From positions 25,580 through 89,579 of the forward strand of contig JAJDHA010000002.1 in NCBI GenBank assembly GCA_030265965.1: a stretch of 64,000 nucleotides of DNA, in the 5' to 3' direction. How positions within the stretch are numbered: position 1 is the stretch's first letter; each line of letters opens with the position of its first letter. Of the stretch, positions 50,275 to 59,089 are shown piece by piece. A program made the position numbers and the translations under genes. The notes under the pieces were generated by a model. It was given only the letters and a program-made list of their open reading frames with translations. It searched no databases and was not told where the DNA came from. Source of the DNA: Odoribacter sp. OttesenSCG-928-L07. GTDB lineage: Bacteria; Bacteroidota; Bacteroidia; Bacteroidales; BM520.

Positions 50275-52029
50275 ATGGTAAAAATTTGGAATCCTAAAGA
50301 CGATGGCGACCCGAAAATGGTTGGTGAATTAGCCAGCCAACTTAACATAGATTATACATTAGCTAATTTATTGGTACAGAGAGGAATAACCAATTTTTCA
50401 GAAGCAAAAAAATTTTTTCGCCCCGATTTAAAGAACCTCCACGATCCATTTTTGATGAAAGATATGGATAAAGCGGTTGAAAGATTAAATACTGCAATTA
50501 AATTACAAGAAAAGATTTTGGTTTATGGCGACTATGATGTTGATGGAACAACTGCCGTTTCGTTAGTTTATTCTTTTTTTAAAACTTACAGTTCTAAGAT
50601 TGATTTTTACATTCCTGACAGATATACTGAGGGTTATGGTATTTCTACTGCAAGTATTGATTATGCTTACGAAAATGGTTTTACTTTAATAATTGCATTA
50701 GATTGTGGAATTAAAGCTATTGATAAAATCAGTTATGCCAAAAGTAAAGGTATTGATTTCATAATCGGAGACCATCATCGTCCGGATGAAATTATTCCGG
50801 ATGCATACGCCGTCCTTGATCCAAAACAACCTGATTGTCAATATCCATACAAAGAATTATCTGGTTGTGGGGTTGGGTTTAAATTGGTTCAAGCCTTTTC
50901 GAAAAAGAATAAGATTCCCTTAGAGAATGCATATGATTTTCTTGATCTTGTTGTTATTAGCATTGCTTCAGATATTGTTCCGATAACGGGAGAAAATAGA
51001 ATTTTTGCATATTACGGACTAAAAATAATTAATACAAAACCCCGCCCTGGAATTGAAGCAATTCTCGCGTGTGCAAAAGTTACAAGACGACCTCGCCAAA
51101 TATACACACACAACAAAAGTATTTTTTCTAAAGAACTTACTATTAACGATCTCGTTTTTACTATTGGTCCAAGAATTAATGCTGCAGGAAGATTGGAAAA
51201 CGGCATAACATCTGTGGAGCTGCTGAATGCGGAAAATTTGGAAGACGCTAAAACTCTCGCTGAAAGAATCAATGATATTAATAATGAACGACGAAATTTA
51301 GATAATATCGCAACTCAAAATGCTATTGAGGATTTGGATAATGATCCGACGACTATTTATAAGAAAACAACTGTTGTTTATAATCCTGAATGGTACAAAG
51401 GAGTTGTAGGTATAGTTGCTTCGCGTTTAACTGAAAAATATTATCGCCCGACTATCGTTTTCACTAAATCTAACGGATTAATAACAGGTTCTGCCAGGTC
51501 TGTTAAACATTTTGATATTTATGATGCAATCAACGCATGTAGTGATTTACTTGAACATTTCGGCGGTCATACCTATGCAGCTGGTTTATCTTTAAAGGAG
51601 GAAAATCTACAAGCTTTTATTGAAAAATTTGAAAAAATAGTAACCGAAACTATTGACGATCAAATGTTAATCCCTGTGATCGATTATGATACAGATTTAG
51701 ATTTAAAAGACATTAACTCAAAATTTTATAAGACATTAAAATCTTTTGCGCCTTTTGGGCCGGGAAATCTTTCCCCTGTATTCAGAACTACTGGAGTTGT
51801 TGATACAGGCTTAGCAAGACTTGTTGGAAAGAATCATATCAAGTTAACTGTAACGCAATTAAATAAAGGTGGCTATCCGATTTCTGCAATTGCTTTTCAA
51901 CAAGGAGATTATTTTGATCAAATAGTAGGAGGATTACCTTTTAATATTGTTTATCATATTGAAGAAAATGAATGGAATAATATGATTTCTCTTCAATTAA
52001 ACATAAAAGATATCAAGATTATCGAATAA
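50275..52029 (+). CDS. recJ: Single-stranded-DNA-specific exonuclease RecJ
   Basis: DHH family motifs (VYGDYDVDGTT, ALDCG, GDHHRP) and the DHHA1 region (GGHTYAAG). Confidence 0.93.
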   Translation: MVKIWNPKDDGDPKMVGELASQLNIDYTLANLLVQRGITNFSEAKKFFRPDLKNLHDPFLMKDMDKAVERLNTAIKLQEKILVYGDYDVDGTTAVSLVYSFFKTYSSKIDFYIPDRYTEGYGISTASIDYAYENGFTLIIALDCGIKAIDKISYAKSKGIDFIIGDHHRPDEIIPDAYAVLDPKQPDCQYPYKELSGCGVGFKLVQAFSKKNKIPLENAYDFLDLVVISIASDIVPITGENRIFAYYGLKIINTKPRPGIEAILACAKVTRRPRQIYTHNKSIFSKELTINDLVFTIGPRINAAGRLENGITSVELLNAENLEDAKTLAERINDINNERRNLDNIATQNAIEDLDNDPTTIYKKTTVVYNPEWYKGVVGIVASRLTEKYYRPTIVFTKSNGLITGSARSVKHFDIYDAINACSDLLEHFGGHTYAAGLSLKEENLQAFIEKFEKIVTETIDDQMLIPVIDYDTDLDLKDINSKFYKTLKSFAPFGPGNLSPVFRTTGVVDTGLARLVGKNHIKLTVTQLNKGGYPISAIAFQQGDYFDQIVGGLPFNIVYHIEENEWNNMISLQLNIKDIKIIE

Positions 52030-52167
52030 GTCGGTATTGTTTTGAGAAAATTTGGGACAATCACAATCTTTTTTATTCCTTTTTCTTTGTGGGGATTTAC
52101 GAGTTGATGTGCATGAGCACAACAACAAAAAACAAGCGAACAAACAAATAATCAGTGGTTTCTTCAT
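51997..52167 (-). CDS. Possible small lipoprotein (56 aa), not in the ORF track
   Basis: Manual translation gives MKKPLIICLFACFLLLCSCTSTRKSPQRKRNKKDCDCPKFSQNNTDLFDNLDIFYV. It has a signal peptide and lipobox (LLCSC). The 3' end overlaps the recJ 3' end by 33 nt. Confidence 0.3.
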   Translation of the reverse strand: MKKPLIICLFACFLLLCSCTSTRKSPQRKRNKKDCDCPKFSQNNTDLFDNLDIFYV

Positions 52168-52255
52168 AAACGATATACTTAAAATAATAAGTTTTGGATA
52201 TATAACGTTCCATTAAGGAAAAAATATATATTTTAGCAAAATTTTAATTTAAATT

Positions 52256-52801
52256 ATGAATTGGTTAGATATAGTTATTTTGATACCATGTGTTTGGTTT
52301 TTTTACACAGGTTTCAAAAACGGATTTGTAAAAAGTATTACTCAATTAATTGCATTAATTCTCGGTATTTGGGTTTCGATAAAATTTTCTGATGGAGTGC
52401 TTAATTTTTGTTTTGAAAAATTCCCACAATTACAGGAACATACTTCAAGTATGTCGCCACAATTAATAAAAATAATTGCATTTGTTGTTGTTTTTATTTT
52501 GGTAATTATTGTCATACATCTTATTGGAACTCTTGTTGATAAGTTAGTTAGCATGATTGCTTTATCTTCAATTAATAAAATTATCGGTGGTGCCTTCGGG
52601 GTTTTTAAAGGATTATTAATTACCGGAGTAATTATTTATATCTTAAACATGTTTAATATTATTAATCCGATTATTAAAGAAGATGTGAGAGAAAAATCTT
52701 TTTTATACACTTATGTAGAAAAAGTTGTTCCGACTTTTAGCGATTTTATTACAAAAAAAAGAGCATCATCCGAAGACTCGAATGACACTCTCTCTTTATA
52801 A
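52256..52801 (+). CDS. cvpA: CvpA family membrane protein
   Basis: The MNWLDIVILI...GFKNGFVKS N-terminus and four TM helices are typical of CvpA. Confidence 0.8.
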   Translation: MNWLDIVILIPCVWFFYTGFKNGFVKSITQLIALILGIWVSIKFSDGVLNFCFEKFPQLQEHTSSMSPQLIKIIAFVVVFILVIIVIHLIGTLVDKLVSMIALSSINKIIGGAFGVFKGLLITGVIIYILNMFNIINPIIKEDVREKSFLYTYVEKVVPTFSDFITKKRASSEDSNDTLSL

Positions 52802-52813
52802 TTAATTGTTTTA

Positions 52814-55800
52814 CTATTTAGTAATAACAACTTTTGTTTTAATAGAAGAATTATTTGTGTCAACTATATCCAGAACATAGATGCCGGAATTTAGTTTTGA
52901 AACATCAACATTTGTTTTGTCTCCGTTAACATCTAATTTTAACACTATTTGTCCAGAATTATTATAAATGGTAATTTTAGACATATCCTTTGCTTCAATA
53001 TTTAGAATATTTTGTGCAGGATTAGGATAAATTTTCACATTACTGTCATAATTATTAATTCCGACATAATTTACTTGTAATGTTGCAGGATCAGATGTTT
53101 CGCATTCGAGATTGTAATTAGCTTGAACTCCGTAAACAGAATTACCTTTAACAGGATTTACATCAGTATAATTTGTTTCAGAAATATTTTCCGCCAATAA
53201 TTCATCATTTCTGTAAACGCTGTAATTAGCTGAACTAACGAAAGGAGATTTTTCCCATTCCAATACAACACTGTTATTTTCAGCAATATGTGTTAAGTTA
53301 ATTGGTTGATGGCAGACAGCAATATTAATTAAATCAAAACATATTCTTTCAGAAGTACAATTGCTGTAAATTGCTTCAATACAATACTCATACTCACCAT
53401 TATTCAAATCATTATCGTAAAAATGAGTATCAGTAGTATTCGAAATAATTTCATTGTTTCTGTAAACATTATAACTTTGAGATGGGTTAATAGTTTCCGA
53501 CCACATTAAGGATGCATTATTAACATTAATATTTACATTTAAATTTGCAGGAATTTCACAAATATCAATAATTATTTCATCTAAACATATTTTATCTGAG
53601 GTTTCACCATCATCATAAATAACTTCAACACAGTAAATATAATTTCCGTTTAACAAATTATTGTCAGAATAATATGCATCAAAAACATTTGCTATTTCCA
53701 CATCATTTCTATAAATTTTAAACGAACTTATCTCAAAATCTTTTGTGGTAGGTTCTATCCAAGATATATACACATTATTATCAGTAATTTCTGCATGAAG
53801 TTCTTTAACCGGAGGATATAATGCAGCGATTTCAACATTAACTTTACTTTCGTCAGAGACAGCTCCTGAAATACAAATTGCTGTTACTGAATATTCAAGA
53901 AGACCGAAAGGAGCTGCATTATCAATAAACTGTGTTTCAGTTGTTGAACCTATTTGTACTCCATCACGTTTAACAATAAAGTTAACACCATCAGACTCCC
54001 ATGATAAAGTAACAATATTTTCTTCATTTTCTGCGAGTAGATTAATTGGACTTTCACAGATTATTCCGGATTGGCCGCATGAATTATCATAAACTAAGAA
54101 TGAACCTGCTGTTGGTGTGCCGGAAGTTTGGTAAATTAATTCATGATCATGATTATAAATTTTGAATGAATTTTCATAATCATAATTATTTCCATAAATC
54201 CAAACAAAGTCCAATTCTCCTGTTGGAAGAGAAAGTTCAGTTTGCCCAAAACTTCCCGATTGAAGTTTAACTGAAGCAATTTCAATATTATTTTGTCGAA
54301 TACTTATTCTTCCGTTACTATCCCATCCATCACCCGATGAATCCCACATATCGAAATATATTGTACATTTATTTTCTATACCGAAAGATCCGTCAGCTGT
54401 TATCATTCCTTCATCTCCTGAAACTGAAATATTAAATTCAATAAGTCCTGATTGTGGAGTTTCATCACTAAGAGTAACGTTAAAAATAGCTATACCTGTT
54501 TCATTTGGTAAAATGTTGCCGTATGCTTGTTCAGCTACATCGATAGTAACGTATTGATTTGCAGAACTTAAAACGCCAACAACATCGTTTACAGGTGCTC
54601 CGCCTTTATTTTCGAAGGCAATAGCAAAAGATAATGTTTCTCCTGCTTCAAAAGAACCTTGCCAGCTAAAATCATCATAAGCTAAAATCGGGCGATATAC
54701 TTTAATCGTCATTGCACTTGCCCAAACATCGTTTCCATCTGTTGATGAAATATCAAATAATATTGTAGTGTTATTTGGAACATCTTCAGAAATTAAAACC
54801 TCAAAAGCATCATTAACAGTTGCTGTTGCATCTGCTGCAATATTTCCAAAGTTTGCTGTATTTTGGATAATTGTAACGTGTTCACTTTCAGAAGAGATTG
54901 TCATACTTACATTTGAAGCTGTTTCGATACCGACATTTTTCGCAGTCATATCTATAGTTGCAGATTCGCCATATTGAAGTATCTCATCATGATTATCATC
55001 ATTAACAACCCAGTTATTTCCAATTACATATGGACCATCTGCAGGGACAACGGTAACAACAGATTCGTATCTTAAATAGTTTTGTTTTGTACAAACAACA
55101 TTAATCTCGTTTGTTGGGATCAAAGTTGCGGGAATTATTATGGTTTGTTGAACTCCTGTTGCATCAGCAACTGCGAGAATTTCTCCGTCAAGTGTAAGTG
55201 CAATCATAGCACCTTCTGTAGCTGTAATGTTGAAATTTGTATTTCCGGCTAAAGAAACTTCTTCATGAGTTACCGTAAGCGTTTGAGGTACTTCTGTATA
55301 TAATCTCAGAAAAGCGTCACTATGAGCTGTAAACATTTGATAAGTAATTTGCTTATTGTTTACGTTATAAGGCCAACTACTTTGAGCTAAGAAATATTTT
55401 CCTGCAACATTTCCAAAAGCTGGCAACCAATTACCTGAATTGTCGGCGTAAGGACCATAGTCCGGCATAAAATCAGGATCAAACAAATCATATACTCCCC
55501 AAATATATGTATCATTAACAAAGGAAAATGATGTTGAGGTTGGGCATAATACACCAACAGCACCGGCATTTTGTCCTTGCCACTGATGTAGATGAAATAC
55601 TTCTTGAAAACATTTTGAGCTATGATTAAATTTACCTGTCAAGCAATTGATAGAAAAAACGTAAGTCATTTTCCCAACATTATTCAATGATGGGATATTT
55701 GCAGTTGTAAAATCCGGTTCTCCCCAACCTGGTTCATAACCATGGTCACGGTGTTGCAAAATATATGCGCCACTATTTACCGCGTTGATAACATCTTGAG

Positions 55801-56008
55801 CAGTACCACCGCTCCATCCGCCTAATTCTGCCGGCGAAGCAGGTAAATAACCTAATCCATTAACACCAAAATAATTAACTACAAGAGATGTGTTTTGAGC
55901 TGTTGACCATATTGATCCCGGATTACCATCATAAATAGCATTGATTCGAACCGGGTTTTTACCTTCTCCTCTCAAGTAACCGCCAACAACTTTTGCAACA
56001 ATGTACAA
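52814..56008 (-). CDS. Gingipain-like (clan CD, C25-type) cysteine peptidase with adhesin/FN3-like repeats and a T9SS C-terminal domain; 5'-truncated and probably non-functional
   Basis: His-Gly ... Cys dyad with 33-residue spacing (QHRDHG at residues 85-90, SINCLTG with Cys122) as in gingipains. There are four tandem about 90-aa repeats (..YRNDxxIA...Y.D.....G.Y.Y.V.A.Y) and a T9SS tail (KIYPNPAQNILNIEA...LNSGIYVLDI). It has no signal peptide or prodomain, the frame opens only at TTG 56008, and an in-frame stop lies about 15 nt upstream. Confidence 0.7.
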   Translation of the reverse strand: MYIVAKVVGGYLRGEGKNPVRINAIYDGNPGSIWSTAQNTSLVVNYFGVNGLGYLPASPAELGGWSGGTAQDVINAVNSGAYILQHRDHGYEPGWGEPDFTTANIPSLNNVGKMTYVFSINCLTGKFNHSSKCFQEVFHLHQWQGQNAGAVGVLCPTSTSFSFVNDTYIWGVYDLFDPDFMPDYGPYADNSGNWLPAFGNVAGKYFLAQSSWPYNVNNKQITYQMFTAHSDAFLRLYTEVPQTLTVTHEEVSLAGNTNFNITATEGAMIALTLDGEILAVADATGVQQTIIIPATLIPTNEINVVCTKQNYLRYESVVTVVPADGPYVIGNNWVVNDDNHDEILQYGESATIDMTAKNVGIETASNVSMTISSESEHVTIIQNTANFGNIAADATATVNDAFEVLISEDVPNNTTILFDISSTDGNDVWASAMTIKVYRPILAYDDFSWQGSFEAGETLSFAIAFENKGGAPVNDVVGVLSSANQYVTIDVAEQAYGNILPNETGIAIFNVTLSDETPQSGLIEFNISVSGDEGMITADGSFGIENKCTIYFDMWDSSGDGWDSNGRISIRQNNIEIASVKLQSGSFGQTELSLPTGELDFVWIYGNNYDYENSFKIYNHDHELIYQTSGTPTAGSFLVYDNSCGQSGIICESPINLLAENEENIVTLSWESDGVNFIVKRDGVQIGSTTETQFIDNAAPFGLLEYSVTAICISGAVSDESKVNVEIAALYPPVKELHAEITDNNVYISWIEPTTKDFEISSFKIYRNDVEIANVFDAYYSDNNLLNGNYIYCVEVIYDDGETSDKICLDEIIIDICEIPANLNVNINVNNASLMWSETINPSQSYNVYRNNEIISNTTDTHFYDNDLNNGEYEYCIEAIYSNCTSERICFDLINIAVCHQPINLTHIAENNSVVLEWEKSPFVSSANYSVYRNDELLAENISETNYTDVNPVKGNSVYGVQANYNLECETSDPATLQVNYVGINNYDSNVKIYPNPAQNILNIEAKDMSKITIYNNSGQIVLKLDVNGDKTNVDVSKLNSGIYVLDIVDTNNSSIKTKVVITK

Positions 56009-56273
56009 ACTACCAATTGGAGGCTATATTATTGATACTCCCGGAATAAAAGAATTCGGACTTGCTGATATGGAGAAAACGGAAGTAGCTGAAAGATTTC
56101 CTGAAATGCGCAAATTTCAACACAATTGCAAGTTTAATAATTGCACTCATACTAACGAACCCGGATGTGCAATAAAAAAAGCCGTTGAAGAAGGATTGAT
56201 TCCTGAAGAGAGATATAATAATTATTTGAGTATCATATCCGATGAATATTTTTATGATAGTAATTACGATTAG
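56001..56273 (+). pseudogene. rsgA: 3' fragment of the ribosome small-subunit GTPase gene rsgA (C-terminal about 90 of about 300 codons)
   Basis: GGYIIDTPGIKEF (G3 DTPG motif) and the C-terminal zinc knuckle CKFNNCTHTNEPGCAI are present. The OB fold and the G4/G1 motifs are absent. Confidence 0.8.
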
Positions 56274-56276
56274 AAA

Positions 56277-56729
56277 ATGAAGGTAGTAATTCAAAGAGTT
56301 AGTCAGGCAAGTGTAACTATTAACGGAAATGTTAATAGCGAAATCAAAAACGGAATATTAATATTAGCCGGATTTGAAAATGCCGATAACGACGAAGACT
56401 TAGAATGGATTGCCGGGAAAATTGTTCGACTGAGAATTTTTCCCGATAATAATGAAGTGATGCATTTATCTATACAAGATGTTGACGGCGATATTTTATT
56501 GGTTAGTCAATTTACTCTTCACGCATCTACCAAGAAAGGAAATCGACCATCTTATATTTATGCTGCAACTCCTGATATTGCAATTCCATTGTACGAAAAG
56601 TTTATCAAAATTCTCGAAAATCAACTTGGAAAGTCGATTCAAACCGGAATCTTCGGCGCAGATATGAAAGTCGCTCTCATTAACGATGGACCTGTAACTA
56701 TTATTATTGATTCGAAAAACAGAGTTTGA
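56277..56729 (+). CDS. dtd: D-aminoacyl-tRNA deacylase
   Basis: MKVVIQRV..A.V, SQFTL and a 150-aa length. Confidence 0.93.
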   Translation: MKVVIQRVSQASVTINGNVNSEIKNGILILAGFENADNDEDLEWIAGKIVRLRIFPDNNEVMHLSIQDVDGDILLVSQFTLHASTKKGNRPSYIYAATPDIAIPLYEKFIKILENQLGKSIQTGIFGADMKVALINDGPVTIIIDSKNRV

Positions 56730-56730
56730 T

Positions 56731-56759
56731 TTTGCCCCTAAATCCCCTAAAGGGGACTT
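56731..56759 (-). repeat. Inverted copy of the AAGTCCCCTTTAGGGGATTTAGGGGCAAA hairpin element, directly after the dtd stop
   Basis: Plus strand tttgcccctaaatcccctaaaggggactt, which is the reverse complement of 42519-42548 apart from one G in a G-run. Confidence 0.75.
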
Positions 56760-56937
56760 GGAAAGCAAATTAGATAGTATTAGCATTATGACAAAATTGC
56801 AGAATTACAAAATAAACATATCTTTAATAAAGCCATATCAAATTTAAAACAATCAAATATGTAAATTATGTAATTTTGTAATTCTGTCAATGGGAATATC
56901 ATAATTAAAGAATAAAATTACTTGGTGTCGAAGTTAT

Positions 56938-58029
56938 ATGCAAAACAAATATAATATTATAGGATTAATGTCAGGAACCAGTAGAGATGGGCTTGATATT
57001 GCCTATTGTAGTTTCTGGTTTACAGATAAATGGAATTACAAAATCAATATTGCTGAAACTATCCCCTACCCAAATTATATTCACAAGTTATTGGATGATG
57101 CGTTCTTAAGAAACAAGTTGGAAAGTTGCGATAATAAATACGGAAGCTATCTCGGAGAGCAAGTAAATCTCTTCTGTGAACGACATAATATCAATCCCGA
57201 TTTTGTCGCAAGCCACGGACATACCATCTTTCATCAACCGGAAAAAAGTTATACTTTGCAAATTGGAAACGGTAAAGTTATTTCAGAAATCTGCAAGAAA
57301 ACCGTAATTTACGATTTTCGTTCGAAAGATGTAATGTTGGGCGGACAAGGCGCGCCTTTAGTACCAATTGGCGACGATCTACTTTTCAGCGATTTCGATA
57401 GCTGTATCAACATTGGCGGATTTAGTAATATCTCCTTTAATAAAAATATTAATGGCAACAAAATACGGATTGCTTTTGATATTTGTCCGGCAAATATTGT
57501 ATTAAATGAATTAGCAACATTAGTTGGTAAAGAATTCGATAAAGATGGAGAAATAGCACGCGACAGCAAAATTATTCCTGAGTTATTAGAAGAATTAAAC
57601 AATTTAGAATATTATAAAATATCGGCGCCAAAATCGTTAGGAAAAGAATATGTTGAAAATTATATTCAGCCAATACTCAATAAATACAAAAATAAATCAC
57701 GAATTGAAGATATAATATCAACATACACCGAACATATTGCTATTCAGATATCAAAACATATAAAGAATAAAGAAAAAAATTTAATAACTGGTGGCGGCGC
57801 TTTAAATAAACATTTAATAGAAAGAATAAAATATCATACAAACAACAAGAACATTATCATTCCTAAAGAAATTATTATTAATTACAAAGAAGCGCTGATA
57901 TTTGCATTTATGGGAATATTAAGAATGCGAAATGAGGTTAATGTTTACTGCACTGTAACAGGAGCTAAGTGTGATCATTGTGCTGGAGAAGTAGAGGAAT
58001 ATAACAAAATTACAGAATTACAGAATTAA
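56938..58029 (+). CDS. anmK: Anhydro-N-acetylmuramic acid kinase
   Basis: IGLMSGTSRDGLDIA N-terminus and the GGGALN ATPase-fold motif. The last codons and stop lie in a TTACAGAA x2 tandem repeat. Confidence 0.9.
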   Translation: MQNKYNIIGLMSGTSRDGLDIAYCSFWFTDKWNYKINIAETIPYPNYIHKLLDDAFLRNKLESCDNKYGSYLGEQVNLFCERHNINPDFVASHGHTIFHQPEKSYTLQIGNGKVISEICKKTVIYDFRSKDVMLGGQGAPLVPIGDDLLFSDFDSCINIGGFSNISFNKNINGNKIRIAFDICPANIVLNELATLVGKEFDKDGEIARDSKIIPELLEELNNLEYYKISAPKSLGKEYVENYIQPILNKYKNKSRIEDIISTYTEHIAIQISKHIKNKEKNLITGGGALNKHLIERIKYHTNNKNIIIPKEIIINYKEALIFAFMGILRMRNEVNVYCTVTGAKCDHCAGEVEEYNKITELQN

Positions 58030-58254
58030 CATATTTATTTTTACCTCATTTTCACTAAATTTCACGTTCATTAAGATTCATTAATATTAGAAAATGAATT
58101 TTTAACATTTTCTTAGTTAAATATTGTCAAAATATTGCGCAGTGTTTTTCCAGCAGTCTTACATACAGAATCTAAGCACATTGTGCAAAAACTACAAATT
58201 ACCATGTTTTGTTTGATTTTGTTTTGAAAATTGGAAAAAATAATTATAAGTATT

Positions 58255-58262
58255 TATCTTTG
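58255..58262 (+). promoter_or_regulatory. -7 promoter box TATCTTTG at the head of the lipoprotein cassette array
   Basis: TAnnTTTG match 28 nt upstream of the ATG at 58290. Confidence 0.5.
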
Positions 58263-58289
58263 TAAGAATTTTTAAAATCTAAAAAATTT

Positions 58290-58625
58290 ATGAAGAAAAT
58301 AATTTTATTATTTGCATTACCGGCAATAATATTTGCTGGATGCGTAAAACAAAAAAATTGTGAAGGTTGTATTACTGGCAAATGGGTCTATTTTGAAGAA
58401 CCAATATGTCCTGATTATATTGCACCAAGCTACTGTAATAAGATAAATGCAATGTTTTATGTCGACACCTCTTCTACACCACTTTATTTTATTGAACCTA
58501 TTCCAAAAGCTTTTAAGTCTTCCGATACCATAACAGTATGTCTATCTTTTAAGTTTATTCCTAATTTAATATATAATTATGATATTCTTCCTTTTAAGTT
58601 AGTTTGTATTGAAAAAATTGATTAA
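58290..58625 (+). CDS. Small lipoprotein, paralog A1 (111 aa)
   Basis: Signal peptide and lipobox (IFAGC), with conserved CVKQKNCEGC..TG after the lipobox. The 5' about 92 nt and 3' about 25 nt are shared with 60605-60964, and the core is divergent. Confidence 0.7.
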   Translation: MKKIILLFALPAIIFAGCVKQKNCEGCITGKWVYFEEPICPDYIAPSYCNKINAMFYVDTSSTPLYFIEPIPKAFKSSDTITVCLSFKFIPNLIYNYDILPFKLVCIEKID

Positions 58626-58928
58626 AAAACGTTATAATTGCTGAATTAACATAAAAGATTTTTTGTTATAATAGTTAATTTTGTATTTTTCATAGATAGC
58701 CACGTCGCTACGCTCCTCGCAATGACGCTAAAATGTGACTTTATCTACTTTATCGGCTTCTTCTACACGTTACAACTTCACGGTTGGCAAAGATACAACA
58801 AAGAATTTAGTTGTAAAAAGGTGATTGGATTTTTTGGAATTTATGGAATAAAAATTTTCATTATTACATTTGGATTAACAAAATTTTTGTTATACATTTG
58901 CAGGTAATTATTTTTTAATTAAATACTT
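58626..58928 (+). repeat. Conserved about 300-bp non-coding block, copy A
   Basis: Aligns by eye at roughly 90 percent identity with 60965-61278. It contains a REP-like element (gccacgtcgctacgctcctcgcaatgacgcta, 58695-58730), ctttatcNN repeats, a minus-strand TAnnTTTG box (58788-58795) and a plus-strand box TACATTTG (58893-58900). Confidence 0.85.
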
Positions 58929-59021
58929 ATGTACACATTAAAAAAACTTTTACTATTTATTTTGCTAATACAGATAATACCATTAGCAGGACAGAAAGCT
59001 ACTTACTACTCTAAATCTTAA
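58929..59021 (+). pseudogene. Chimeric remnant: signal-peptide end of a 61279-type gene fused to the 3' end of a 59075-type gene (30 codons)
   Basis: MYTLKKLLLFILLIQIIPLAGQKATY matches the first about 26 codons of 61279-62040. From 59015 onward the sequence is the 75-bp junction repeat that also ends the 258-aa gene. Confidence 0.75.
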
Positions 59022-59089
59022 ATTGTTGAAAAAATAAAATTTAAATACAAATTATTAACCAAAATTTAACAACTATGAAGAAACTAATT
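59015..59089 (+). repeat. 75-bp cassette junction repeat, copy J1
   Basis: atcttaaattgttgaaaaaataaaatTtaaatacaaattattaaccaaaatttaacaactATGaagaaactaatt. It differs from 59829-59903 at one position. Confidence 0.9.

Noticed and set aside
56010-56294. A 94-aa minus-strand ORF across the rsgA fragment, which might have been the missing 5' part of the peptidase gene.
   Set aside because: It is in a different frame from the peptidase ORF, its translation is low complexity (IIKIFIGYDTQIIIISLF), and it is antisense to clearly RsgA-like sequence.
58030-58290. A possible genomic-island boundary (att site, tRNA, integrase) between anmK and the cassette array.
   Set aside because: No tRNA-like sequence, direct repeat pair or recombinase ORF could be found in this spacer or elsewhere in the window. 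The island idea therefore stays an inference based on composition and content only.
58722-58907. A 61-aa ORF (MTLKCDFIYFIGFFYTLQLHGWQRYNK...) inside the conserved non-coding block.
   Set aside because: It starts inside a REP-like element. The second copy of the block truncates the frame to about 46 codons with a different tail, so the conservation is at the nucleotide level and not coding-like.
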